A stretch of DNA of 62,899 nt, filler included, from Pirum gemmata (Eukaryota): the NCBI GenBank assembly GCA_002812295.1. It is 10 parts of 10 records of this genome, joined end to end, with 100 filler letters (N's around TTAATTAATTAA, not from the genome) between each part and the next. Parts side by side here need not be neighbours in the genome. Positions count along the whole stretch, not along the records: positions 37,834 to 43,985 come from PDIN01000326.1; positions 44,086 to 50,260 come from PDIN01000327.1; positions 50,361 to 56,563 come from PDIN01000328.1; 7 more parts are not named here. The stretch is one strand, 5' to 3'. Positions within the stretch are counted from its first letter, which is position 1. Every line of letters begins with the position of its first letter. Positions 40,240 to 51,483 of the stretch are shown in pieces. Position numbers and translations under genes: made by a program. A model generated the notes under the pieces. The model was not told where the DNA came from. It did no database searches and was given only the letters and a program-made list of their open reading frames with translations.

Positions 40240-43200
40240 AAAAATTTTGTAACTGGAGTACTAAATAATGTCGAAAGAGATGAAGAAAATGCTCATGTCG
40301 CTTTTGCTGAATTTTCAAGTAAAAATAATATAGTAAGTAAGTTAGATACAAAATCATACGAATTTTCAGATATTTCTGCGTCTTTGGATGCATTGAAATA
40401 TGAAAAAGAAGGCAAAGCCACGTATATGGGCGAAGCTGTGACAGCAGTAAGAAAACAAATATTCGAACATCCTTCTAATTTACGTCTTAATAATCTTGAC
40501 ATTCCAAAAATACTTGTAGTATTAACTGATGGTCAAGCCAATGACGTAAAACCCGAATACCAATTAGCTAATGTTGTACCCACTTTAAGCGACTATATTG
40601 TTATTGCTGTAGGCATTACAAGTCATGTTAATAAGGAACAGTTACGGTTATTAGTAGGCGGCGATGATAGTAAGATATTTAATCCTGAGGATTTTAGTAA
40701 GTTGGATTCCTTTATTAAAGACGTGGCTGATAAACTATGTGAACCAATTGTTAATTGCAAACTAAGCGAGTGGTCAAGCTGGACTACCTGTGATGCTGAA
40801 TGTGGTAGTTCAGTGTCTGGTGAAAAAACACAAACTCGCAAAATTATTACACCACCATCCAATGGGGGTAGAACGTGCGACAATGTAACTCGAACTTCTG
40901 AATGCCTTCCGGAAAACTGCGAAGTAAATTGTGTTCCTGGACCATGGACTAAATGGAGTGATTGTATTGCTGATTGTAGTTCTAATACTGGGGTTCTGAA
41001 TATTGAAGGGAAAAAGACAAGAACGCGTCCAATTCAAACGCCATCACAATTCGGTGGACAAGAGTGTTCTGGAATGACAGAAAGCGAAATATGTGTTACT
41101 CAGTGTCCTATTGATTGTAAAGTTTCTGAGTGGACTGAAGGGCCTTGTGTAGCTCCTTGTACTGAAGGAGGAGCTACTACTGGGACGAGAATTATTTCCA
41201 GAAAAATTCAAGAAGAAGCTAAAAATAGCGGTGAAGCTTGTCCAACTGATTTAGAAAAAGAGAAAACTTGTATTACTGAATGTCCTTATCAATGTAAATT
41301 GGGTGAATGGGGAGATTGGTCTGTTTGTGATGGTGAATGCACTGAAAAAAATCAAGCACAAAGTGTTGGCCAGCAGTTTAGAATGAGACCAATCGAAGTG
41401 GCTGGTGATAACTGCGGTGAAAGAAACCAAACCCAAGATTGTTTAAGCAAATGCAAAGTTGATTGTGAGCTATCGGAATGGATTCCAGGTAAATGTGAAG
41501 TTGATTGTACTGGTCAACAAGGAAATATCACTGGATTAAGACAAGAGCATAAAACTGTATTAACTCCACCTGCTCATGGTGGTGCCCAATGCGGGGAAAC
41601 TAACAGAACAAGAGTATGCACTAACGATTGTGGTGTTAGCTGCCAACATTCAGATTATTCTGATTGGAAATGCGAAGCAAAGTGTAAACCCGGGCAAATC
41701 AATGCACCTGGAGTTGCTACTCGTACTTTACAAATATTTCAAAACGCGTCTGACTGTCCTCAACCAGTACAAACTAAAGATTGCCTTAAAGACTGTCCTA
41801 TTTCTTGTGTTCCGAGCAATTGGGTAGATGACCCTTGTCCAATTGATTGTGCTGGTAAGGAAGGTAAACAAGTAGCGTTGATTAATAGTACACGTCATAT
41901 TCTTACTGCAGCAAAAGAAGGTGGTGCACCTTGCGGTGAATTAAGTAAAACAAAAACGTGCGAAGTGGATTGTGGTGTGCGATGCATAACTGAATGGACT
42001 CTTTGGTCTGAATGCAATGTTGATTGCTCCGTTCCTGAAGCTTCCATGAGCAAGTTTGTCGAGGGAGTACAAACACGCGAAAAAATCAAATTGAATAATG
42101 TTAGTGATGCTAGTTGCGACTTGGCTGCAGATAGTAAGCCATGTTTTGAAACTTGTGATATTGATTGTGCTTATACTGATTGGATTGAACAAGATTGCAA
42201 TGCTACATGTTCGAATCCTACCTTTGCTGGTACTACTTTCGGTTACATTGTTTCAACAAGAGGTGTAGAAAGACAATCTCAAGGAAAAGGACAACCATGC
42301 GGAGATTTGCAAAAAGAAGGAATTTGTACATTGGAGTGTACTCCTAAGTGCCAAACAAGTGAATGGTCTGCATGGGTTTGTGATTATGATTGTGCTAATG
42401 CTGATAATGGTATAGTTACCGGAAACAACACTCGTTCACGAGTGATTACTTTCAAAGGTGATGGTAATTGCGGAGATCTAGGTGAATCAAAACCATGCTT
42501 AGAATCTTGTGACCAAGATTGTAAGTACTCTGATTGGCATGAAGGTATTTGTGATGCACAATGCGGAGAAGGTATTGTTAAAGGATCCAGAACTTACACC
42601 AGAGACGTTTTACAAAACGCACTTAACAATGGAAAAAACTGTCCAGAACTTCAAAAAACCGAAGAGTGTACAAAAGATTGTGGTTATGCTTGTCAGTATA
42701 GTGATTGGGGAAATTGGTATGGTTGTGATGCTGATTGTAGCAGTGTATCTGCTGGGTCTAGTTTTGCAGAAGGTACTGAGAATCGTATAAGACATATTAC
42801 TAGACCAGGTGATGGTTGCCCAGCTTTAAGTGATACTCGCGCTTGCAAAGCAGATTGTCCTGTAGATTGTCTGTTGGAGAAATATGAAGATCTAGGTTGT
42901 GATGCAGTTTGTGAAAACGATTCTAGTGTTCCTGTTGTTCTTGGTAACCGTACGTGGGTCACTAGTATTAAAGTAAGTCCTCAAAATAACGGTAAAAAGT
43001 GCGACGACTTGATTAAAAGAGAACCTTGTTATGAAAAATGTAAAGTTGATTGTAAATTGGGTGAATTTGTTTCGACTGGTTGTAATGCTAGTTGTGGAGA
43101 AGGAATAGTAAAAGGTACTATTACATTTCAAGCTGCTGTTATTAGAACGGCACAAAACGGTGGTGAGGAATGCCCTCCACACGAAAAAGAGGAAGAATGC

Positions 43201-43980
43201 GAGGTAGAATGTCAAGTTGATTGTGAAGTGGGAGATGAAAATTTAGAAAAGGCTTGTACAGCTAGTTGTGCGTCTGATGATATTGATGAATTTGGTTATG
43301 CTTCTGGTATTAAAACTTATAAACGCGCAGTCACTAAAAGACCTCAATTCGGTGGGGCAAAATGCGTAGATACTGTTCGATACGAAGATTGTAAAATCCC
43401 GTGCCCTGTTCCTTGTGCAATCGGTGATTGGGAAGCGGGGGATTGCAATGCCCAGTGTAATAACATTGATGCTATTGTTAATGGTACAAGAACATTTACG
43501 AGAAAGCTATTACACCCGTTGAATGGTGGTGCTGAATGCCCATCTGCTTATAAAGTTGATTCTTGTAGTTTAGAGTGTGACGTAGATTGTCAAGTTAGTG
43601 ATTGGAGTAAAGGTGAAATTTGCGAACAAGACTGTTTAAACAACAAAAGTTACAACGGTACAAGGGTTGAAACAAGATATATTAAGGTGCACCCACAAGG
43701 TAATGGTAAAACTTGTCCGGAATTAAAAAGAACGATAAAATGCTCTGAACCTGAGGTTTGTCAGCGTTGTGAATTTGCTCATAAAAAAGTTTGTAACGCG
43801 AAGTGCGTTGCTGGAGTTGATACAGTTGAAGGTATATATGAGAAAAAATATATGGTTATTTCTGAACATACCAGAACTTGTGTTCCCGAACCGGCCGTTG
43901 AAAGTGACGAGCCGTGTACAAAAGCTTGTAGTTTTAGTGCGCTCAATCCTAATGCCAATTTTGGTAGTTTTAGTCGTTAA
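40240..43980 (+). CDS. large exon of a secreted/surface adhesin-like protein: von Willebrand A domain plus about 18 spondin-type thrombospondin-1 repeats
   Basis: Frame is open from the acceptor TTTAG at 40239: KNFVTGVL..HVAFAEFSS..ATYMGEAV..KILVVLTDGQAND..IAVGI (VWA), then repeats of the form xCxxSxWxxWxxCxxxC..TRxIxxxPxNGGxxC. Exon(s) with the signal peptide and DxSxS motif were not located. Confidence 0.92.
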   Translation, partial: KNFVTGVLNNVERDEENAHVAFAEFSSKNNIVSKLDTKSYEFSDISASLDALKYEKEGKATYMGEAVTAVRKQIFEHPSNLRLNNLDIPKILVVLTDGQANDVKPEYQLANVVPTLSDYIVIAVGITSHVNKEQLRLLVGGDDSKIFNPEDFSKLDSFIKDVADKLCEPIVNCKLSEWSSWTTCDAECGSSVSGEKTQTRKIITPPSNGGRTCDNVTRTSECLPENCEVNCVPGPWTKWSDCIADCSSNTGVLNIEGKKTRTRPIQTPSQFGGQECSGMTESEICVTQCPIDCKVSEWTEGPCVAPCTEGGATTGTRIISRKIQEEAKNSGEACPTDLEKEKTCITECPYQCKLGEWGDWSVCDGECTEKNQAQSVGQQFRMRPIEVAGDNCGERNQTQDCLSKCKVDCELSEWIPGKCEVDCTGQQGNITGLRQEHKTVLTPPAHGGAQCGETNRTRVCTNDCGVSCQHSDYSDWKCEAKCKPGQINAPGVATRTLQIFQNASDCPQPVQTKDCLKDCPISCVPSNWVDDPCPIDCAGKEGKQVALINSTRHILTAAKEGGAPCGELSKTKTCEVDCGVRCITEWTLWSECNVDCSVPEASMSKFVEGVQTREKIKLNNVSDASCDLAADSKPCFETCDIDCAYTDWIEQDCNATCSNPTFAGTTFGYIVSTRGVERQSQGKGQPCGDLQKEGICTLECTPKCQTSEWSAWVCDYDCANADNGIVTGNNTRSRVITFKGDGNCGDLGESKPCLESCDQDCKYSDWHEGICDAQCGEGIVKGSRTYTRDVLQNALNNGKNCPELQKTEECTKDCGYACQYSDWGNWYGCDADCSSVSAGSSFAEGTENRIRHITRPGDGCPALSDTRACKADCPVDCLLEKYEDLGCDAVCENDSSVPVVLGNRTWVTSIKVSPQNNGKKCDDLIKREPCYEKCKVDCKLGEFVSTGCNASCGEGIVKGTITFQAAVIRTAQNGGEECPPHEKEEECEVECQVDCEVGDENLEKACTASCASDDIDEFGYASGIKTYKRAVTKRPQFGGAKCVDTVRYEDCKIPCPVPCAIGDWEAGDCNAQCNNIDAIVNGTRTFTRKLLHPLNGGAECPSAYKVDSCSLECDVDCQVSDWSKGEICEQDCLNNKSYNGTRVETRYIKVHPQGNGKTCPELKRTIKCSEPEVCQRCEFAHKKVCNAKCVAGVDTVEGIYEKKYMVISEHTRTCVPEPAVESDEPCTKACSFSALNPNANFGSFSR

Positions 43981-44122
43981 TAATGNNNNNNNNNNNNNNN
44001 NNNNNNNNNNNNNNNNNNNNNNNNNNNNNTTAATTAATTAANNNNNNNNNNNNNNNNNNNNNNNNNNNNNNNNNNNNNNNNNNNNATTGGTGTTGTTATT
44101 ATTATTTTATTATTATTATTAC

Positions 44123-44153
<31 letters not shown>

Positions 44154-44366
44154 GTTATTATTATCATTAGTATTGATCGTAATTTTTTTGCAATTATGGT
44201 TTTATTATTAATATTATTATATCATTATTATTATTATTTCCTGCATGCTTGTTGTCTTTGTCTTTGCTAAAATCATTACTAAAAATCATTATGAATCTGT
44301 GTTATTAATATTGTAATCATGTTATTACGCTTATTTTTGATAACTTTGTATTTTATATAATTGTAG

Positions 44367-45973
44367 ACGACGTTGATTGTTTCTGCCATGCCTTTCACAA
44401 TTTATTAAAACACACTTTTGGAAAATTTGTAATTAAAAAGAACGATATAGTTACATATGCAAGAGATAAAAATATAGCTAACCTTCCTGATGTTTCCGAA
44501 AAAATGAAAAACACCGTTCTTGGTATTCTGAAAATATCAAATTTTGTCAAGAGTCATGGTTTGAATAAACATCTGCCGACATCCCTAAAACTGATGGGAA
44601 TGACTAGATGGGGATCTTTCTATTTTAGTGTCGATGCAATCATACGCAGTTGGGATGCAATAATTGATATTGCGACTGAAAAGGAAGAACTTGAGAATTT
44701 AATTATTCCTTTGGAAGATGATAATGGGCTTGATAGAATAAAAAGGTACGTATACTCGAAATATATTTTAAAATGTAATTATACAATAGTTTTTGATGCT
44801 CATTTCAGTATATTGGAAATACTATGATTATTACTTAGATTTAATTTGAAATATAGTAATAATTACTAAATTGATTAATTTTATATTAAAACTTGTTATT
44901 AAAGGTTACATGAATTTTTGGATCAGTTCTTGTCACATTTACGGCTGTTGGAAGGTGATCTTAAACCAACATGTCATTTAGTTCTACCAATTTTGTTTTC
45001 CTTGAAGAAATATTTGAAAACGCAAGAAGATTATGTTCATATCAGAGATTTAAAAAGAAGAGCTAATATACTTCTTCATGAACGGATAATCACAAACGAA
45101 AAGGGTATACATAGTAATCACTATCACGTGTTGTTTTTGTGTCCATAGTTTAAATCCTAAAATATTATAAGCTTCATTTATGATAACATCCACACGCTTG
45201 ATGATTACCATACACGTAAATATAATTGTTTTATTAAGTTCGCCACAAACGTTGGTTTAGAACGGTATTGGGTGCATTATTGGAAAGAAATTTATGGAGT
45301 ATGTGATGGTGATGATGATGGTCCATTTTCTCACAATACTACGCCTGTTCTCACTATTCGTAAAAGAAAAGCAGCAACTTCTGACTTATCCCCTCCTAAA
45401 AAACCTAAATTCTCTCCCGATTTATTTTCAAGTGAATCTGATAGTGATAGTGATGATGATGATAATGATATAAATGACTATGAATTGATAAAAATCAAAG
45501 TTATTCGTGAATTCGAAGATTTTAAAAAGTCCAAAATTTCAAAAGAAGAAAAAAGGAAATTGCAAGAGAACTTATCGTCGTTCGATATACTGGATTTTTG
45601 GTCAAAACATGCCATAAATTATCCTATCCTGCTGCAAGAAAAGTCGGAAAATTTGTAAGAGCATCGAACAAGATTTTTTTTTCTTGTAAATCTTTACAAA
45701 TGTATCAATCAATAGAGAATATGTCTCGTAGAAACATTTAGCTTCTAATAAGGTGACTTCATTACTGGATTATCGCTTCCGGCTTCTGGGGCACCAGCTG
45801 AAAGAGTTAATTCTACTTTAGAATTTTTGACTAGGCAAAACAAATGTAATACCAGTGCCGATATGCTTAGCAGTAGAGTAGTTTTAAGTTCTTTTCAAAG
45901 TAAACCTGATGATTCAGAGATAATTTTTGGGAAAAGTTATGACTCACTATTGGTCGATTTGGCTAGAGATTAA
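44367..45973 (+). pseudogene. intron-containing hAT-superfamily transposase, 3' part, disrupted
   Basis: CFCHAFHNL (CxxH), TRWGS, LEGDLKPT, FLCP*FKS* (LDPRFK-like), DILDFW..YPIL, LSLPASGAPAERVNS. In-phase intron 44746-44904. In-frame TAG at 45146 and TAA at 45158. Junction 45655-45752 could not be restored in frame. Confidence 0.88.
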
Positions 45974-46117
45974 AACATCAATTCCAACCATATATGAAAA
46001 TTTAAGTGTATACATTCTGCGTTAAACGTAATACATGATAATTGTAATAAATGCTATCTTTAAATCGATATATTGATATCGATATATCATATATTATACG
46101 TACATACATAAACAGTC

Positions 46118-46325
46118 AATTATGACGTCATAATCGTCATAAACATTCAATTATGACGTCAAAAGTGTTAATTATGACGTCATAAAACATCATTAATTTC
46201 CGGATTCGAACAAAGCAAAAATTCGGGATCCGAAAAAAAATTGAAAAAAATCGGACGGATCCGATGAGAAACCCGGGTCGGATCTCGGATTTCGGATGCG
46301 AATATTTTCCGGATTCACAACCCTG
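46118..46325 (+). mobile_element. right end of the hAT element: subterminal repeats and TIR
   Basis: AATTATGACGTCA x3, a TCGGA/TCCG-rich tract, and terminus ...CCGGATTCACAACCCTG (reverse complement CAGGGTTG, an Ac-like CAGGG end). Confidence 0.75.
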
Positions 46326-46739
46326 TATGTATCATACCGATTCATACGATGTCAAGTTGGTTACAGTTACATTTACTACGCTAGCTAATAGCTAGTCAGT
46401 TTACGTCGATACTGTTTATCAATATTATCAATAGCTATCGTTTATCGATCTTTTTCACAAACAGAAAAATTATATAAATTTAGTTATTAAAGAACTATAT
46501 ATAGTAATAAAAACAGATACAAAAAACATAATTTCAGTTACTGAAGCTCTATATTTAGTAATAAAAAGCTGATATAAATATACATATTAAGCTAATAAAG
46601 ATCTCTTTAAAGAAATAAACAAGTTTACAACATAGAAAAGATTATACAAATTTTGCTATTGAAAATGTTTATATAGTAGTAAAAACATGGTGTATCATAA
46701 TTAATAAAAAAAAATTCGTGTATCATACGATATCATAAA

Positions 46740-46781
<42 letters not shown>

Positions 46782-47029
46782 CATGATATTAAATGATAAT
46801 GATAATGATAGTAATAACCGTGACAGTAATTATAGCTGTAATTATCCAAAACTTGACATGAGAGAAAATAGTGAGAAAATACCATGTTTGAGTATTTAAA
46901 TATGCACAGAATCAAACCAGCAAAGAAAGACTGCGATTTTTCTCATTATGAAAAACAGAGCTAAAAATAGTCTATGCGGGGGAATTGTTTTTTGACACTT
47001 TGTGAAGTAAAAACAATAAGAACAAAGCC

Positions 47030-47470
47030 ATATATTAATAATAATAGTAGCAATAATAGCAATAGTAATAGTAATGCTAATATTAATACTAGTACTAATA
47101 CTAATGATAATACTACTGATACCAATTCTAGATCTAACAAGAACAATAAAAATAACAATAACATGCACAATAACAATAACAATAACAATAACAATAACAA
47201 TAACAATAATAACAATTCATAACAATAACAGTAACAGTAAAAGTAATAGTAATAATAACAATAACAATAACAGTAACAATAACAATAACTATACCAATGC
47301 CAATACTAATAACAATAACAATTACAATAACAATAACAGTAACAATAACAATAACAGTAACAAAAACAATAACAATAAAATTAAAAATAACAAAAACAAA
47401 AACAATAATAACAATATTAATAACAATAACAATGTCAATTTAACAATAACAATAACAATAACAATAACAA
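47030..47470. repeat. (AAC/AAT)n microsatellite
   Basis: Read directly; the source of the poly-N and poly-L ORFs. Confidence 0.9.
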
Positions 47471-48835
47471 TAAAAAGAAAACTTGTGAGGTATGTAAACG
47501 TGTTAAAGAATCGTGTGCTTTTAAATATGGACCTGATTATAAGAATATTTGATTCTTGTCTTTACTTCAAAACAGTTTCAAAACTAATAAAGCTAAAAAA
47601 AGGGAAGCAGATTCTACAAGTGATAAGACAGTAAAAAGCACATACCTTAAGCTTGTTCTGCAACCCGATGTTCTGCAAAATTTAATGTTGCTACTGGTAA
47701 CTAATAAGTAATACTTGCGGTGAACGTTTGGGCCATTACTTTTGTAAATCATGTAAATAATCTGTTCATAATCCCTGTTCATAATCCAGTTGATTCTAAA
47801 GGTTGTACGATTTATGCTCTCGATTGATGTGGGTACAGATCTCTATTCTGTACTTCATGCCATAAAACTTGAAAGCCTGAAATTAAATTTGTAGAAACAA
47901 ATTGGTGATTATCATGATGAATAATAAATTTTCAAACTAGGTGTTTATTATTATTATTATTATTATTATTGTACCATAAATGAATAAATGTCCCCCAAGC
48001 GCCGCACACGATTTTTTTTTAGTTTTAAACACCAATAATACCAATAATCAAGGGTTAGGGTTGGGGGTTTAATTAACACTAGTAAACTGCATACCACAGT
48101 AATGAGTTAAGAGTTAAGTTAGTGCCACCTATCCCCATAATCAAAGTATAACAATTAATCAAAAACCAACATATTAAACGTCAAGTGACGGATTATCACG
48201 TGTCTTTTCCTTACTGCGCTGCCCTCTTTCCCTTATTTATAAAAATATCCTCATAATTATGTATTAATACAGTGTTATACACTGGTAACTTAGAAGCCCT
48301 CATATCGATAGTTAGAAGCTAGGCTAATTTGGGGCTGGCCAGCTCTTTGCGAGTCCCTTGACTCCCTTCTAGCTAGCTTCTAGGTAGTAGTATCACAGCT
48401 AGTAGTAGCTACTAGCGAGAGCTATAGTTGCACAGTATAGTTGCGAGACCTCTTTACAACAGCTATGACATATCGATAGCTATCATACAGATTCATACTA
48501 TCAATACTATCATAGCTAGCTAGCTATGATAGTAGTCTATATAATATAAAAGGCGCTATCAGATACTACTACTGCTATGACACTCAGCGCTATCATACTA
48601 CTATCTGATACTACTATGATACTCAGCGCTACTACACTATGATACTCAGTATGCATACGCTGCTACACTCTGCTATCATACCACTCTCTACTCTGCTAGT
48701 AGCTATCCTCCGATAGCATAGTAGTATCGATATCGATATGTCATAATATTATGATAGTAGCTATAACTGTAGTTATCGTATGATAACTTAGTACTAGCTA
48801 GCGAGTGATTATTGATATGATATTCAGAGCTACTA

Positions 48836-49001
48836 TTGTCCTTTTCATTTATTTTGTCACTCCGAATATTTATTTGGCTGTTTATAATATAAATAAATTT
48901 ATAATAAAATATACCAAATTAAATGAAATGGATTTATATTGTATTAATTTGGTACTATTTATTATATATTTTATTATGACAAAACAACTGAAAAAGCACG
49001 A
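48836..49001 (-). mobile_element. MITE family A copy
   Basis: TA|TTGTCCTTTTCA...AAAAGCACGA|TA; further copies at about 51530-51711, 52396-52558, 54370-54596 and 54897-55078. Confidence 0.82.
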
Positions 49002-49158
49002 TAGAGTTGGAACTTGGCCTTAGACTATTTGGTGCCGGCGGGATTTATCGTAAAAAGCTTGGATAGACTAGCTAGCTAGAGCTAACTGGTAGCTACTAGC
49101 TAGCTACTACAAAACTAGCTATGATATCAATATCATAGTAATAATCAGCATTTAACAG

Positions 49159-49807
49159 TAACTATTTTGAGAAATACTTACCTGGATGGAACATGAAATT
49201 CGCCCAGGCACTTGGTTTAAACAACACTAAATCAATTCTAGAACTTGCTAACATTGAACGTGTTTCAGAAAATGATTGTTATCATATTTCTCAAGCCAAA
49301 GCCTTTATTTTATCTTTTAACAATAACAATACCTTAAAACAAATGCTTTATGATTTCGATGACAATATTAAAGTTACACCACTTGGTTTGGAAAAAACTA
49401 TTAAAATAGCACATACTGCTAATACAGTGCTTGATGTTGACGGTTGGAAAAACTCTTTTAGTCCAACGGTTTCATATAAAGATATGTGTAAGGCTATGGA
49501 GAATGTTGCTGCTAAACAATACGGATTAGTCGAGCAACAAACTATTCAAAAGGCATGTCAAGCTGTTGGTATTTATCCTAACCCAAAGCAAAAAACCAAC
49601 TCCGAAACCAACTCCGAAACCAACTCTGAAACCAACTCTGAAACCAACTCCGAAACCAACTCCGAAACCAACTCCGAAACCAACTCCGAAACCAACTCCA
49701 AAACCAACAGCAAGAAAACCAAGTCTCCATCTTCTAGTAGTTCCAGTATAACAACTAACTTAAAATTATTGTTATTGAGTTTTGTATCTTCAAGGATGTT
49801 TTACTAA
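49159..49807 (+). CDS. terminal exon or fragment encoding a thermolysin (peptidase M4)-like C-terminal domain, (TNSE)n stalk and hydrophobic GPI-signal-like tail
   Basis: [57 protein letters not shown] parallels the thermolysin C-terminus (GIGRDKLGKIFYRALT..LTPTSNF..AA..LYG..VKQAFDAVGV). Candidate acceptor TTTAACAG at 49158; 12-bp repeat about x10. The HExxH region is absent. Confidence 0.65.
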
Positions 49808-49837
49808 ACACCGGTATTATATATATTTATTGATTTT

Positions 49838-50245
49838 ATTAAAGCTAAACAAAAAAGGAGAATATTATTAATAAAACAAAGTCATTTTATTATTATTATC
49901 ATTATTTTAATATTATCATCATATATATTATATTATGTAAAAATATTATGATTAATCGTATAATAATATAATAATATATATTAAAGCTTAACAAAAATTA
50001 ATAAAACAAAGTCATTTTATTATTTTTATCATTATTTTATTAGTATCATCATATATATTATATTTTGTAAAAATATTATGATTAATCGTATAATAATATA
50101 ATAATATATATTAAAGCTAAACAAAAAAGGAGAATATTAAAACAAAGTCATTTTATTATTATTATCATTATTTTATTATTATCATCATATATATTATATT
50201 GTGTAAAAATATTATGATTAATCGTATAATAGTATATTAATAATG
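49838..50245 (+). repeat. AT-rich tandem repeat, about 130-142-bp unit x3
   Basis: attaaagct(a/t)aacaaaaa...attatgattaatcgtata recurs at about 49838, 49980 and 50110. Confidence 0.9.
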
Positions 50246-50693
50246 ATATATATTTAATAANNNNNNNNNNNNNNNNNNNNNNNNNNNNNNNNNNNNNNNN
50301 NNNNTTAATTAATTAANNNNNNNNNNNNNNNNNNNNNNNNNNNNNNNNNNNNNNNNNNNNATCATCATCATCATCATCATCATCATCATTATACTAGCTA
50401 GCTAGAGAAGTGCTACTACTAGTAAAAATCGTTCACAGGAGTGGTCAGGTTCGAGTCAATCGCGATTGGTCCTGCAAGTACTACACTACAATTACTTCAG
50501 TGTCGACTTCAGCGACTTCAGTGTACTTCCTGGCAAGTTCCTGCTGCTGGTATCATAGATTAGCTAGTATCATAAGTACTTCGTGAGGCTAAATAATATC
50601 GCTGTTTCGTTATTATTATTCATAGCTTTTGTAAAAATTATATTATTAATTTAGACTACTATGGATACTATCAATGTCTATCATAGAGTCACT

Positions 50694-50881
50694 ATCGTCT
50701 ATTTCATTACAGGTGTCCTCTCAATCTTTAATTTGGTACTTTTTAAGTGTATAATTGAACTTGTTTATAAAATACAAAACATTAATTATGAAATACCAAA
50801 TTAATTAAAACATGTCTGATAGTTTAACCATAATAATAATTTGGTAGGTTTGAACTGGACAACACTATTGAAAAACACGAT
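50694..50881 (+). mobile_element. MITE family D, best copy
   Basis: Termini ATCGTCTATTTCA / TGAAAAACACGAT; followed by a partial family B MITE at about 50891-50996. Confidence 0.75.
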
Positions 50882-51267
50882 GTTAATAAGTCACGTCAAG
50901 GGGTAGGGTAGGTAGGTGGTATTTTACCGGAAATTAACGTCGAGGGGTAGGTAGGTAAAGGGTATTTAAAGCTGTATTTGACCGGAAATTGGCGTAGTTT
51001 TCGAGGTGTTACTAGCGCTAGTAGCTAGACTATAGCTAGCTATCTAATACTACTAGCTACCCCAATACTAGCTAGAGAGAGGCTACCAGCTAGTTAGGTT
51101 AGCCAGCCTAACTTCGCTGCCTAAGCCAGATAGTCTACCAGCACAGTGTGATGAATTTTAAAAGAAAAATGAATCATACTCGAATCAATTGATGGTGAAA
51201 ATGGTGATGGTATTTACTATCATTATAATATTATTGATACAGCTATTGATACATAAATAATAATAAT

Positions 51268-51321
<54 letters not shown>

Positions 51322-51442
51322 NNNNNNNNNNNNNNNNNNNNNNNNNNNNNNNNNNNNNNNNNNNNNNNNNNNNNNNNNNNNNNNNNNNNNNNNNNNNNNN
51401 NNNNNNNNNNNNNNNNNNNNNNNNNNNNNNNNNNNNNNNNNN

Positions 51443-51483
<41 letters not shown>

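Noticed and set aside
40623..43215. Many minus-strand and alternate-frame ORFs over the VWA-TSP1 gene (and similarly over the Copia ORF)
   Set aside because: Shadow ORFs of a long coding sequence; no motifs.
45146..45160. Ciliate-type code (TAA/TAG = Gln) suggested by in-frame stops in the hAT gene
   Set aside because: The 1200-codon VWA-TSP1 exon and the 800-codon Copia ORF have no internal TAA/TAG and use CAA/CAG freely; genes end in TAA.
48805..49023. Recurrent short ORFs with VLFIYFVTPNIYL / MDLYCINLVLF
   Set aside because: Chance read-through of non-coding MITE family A copies; the frames are not conserved among copies.
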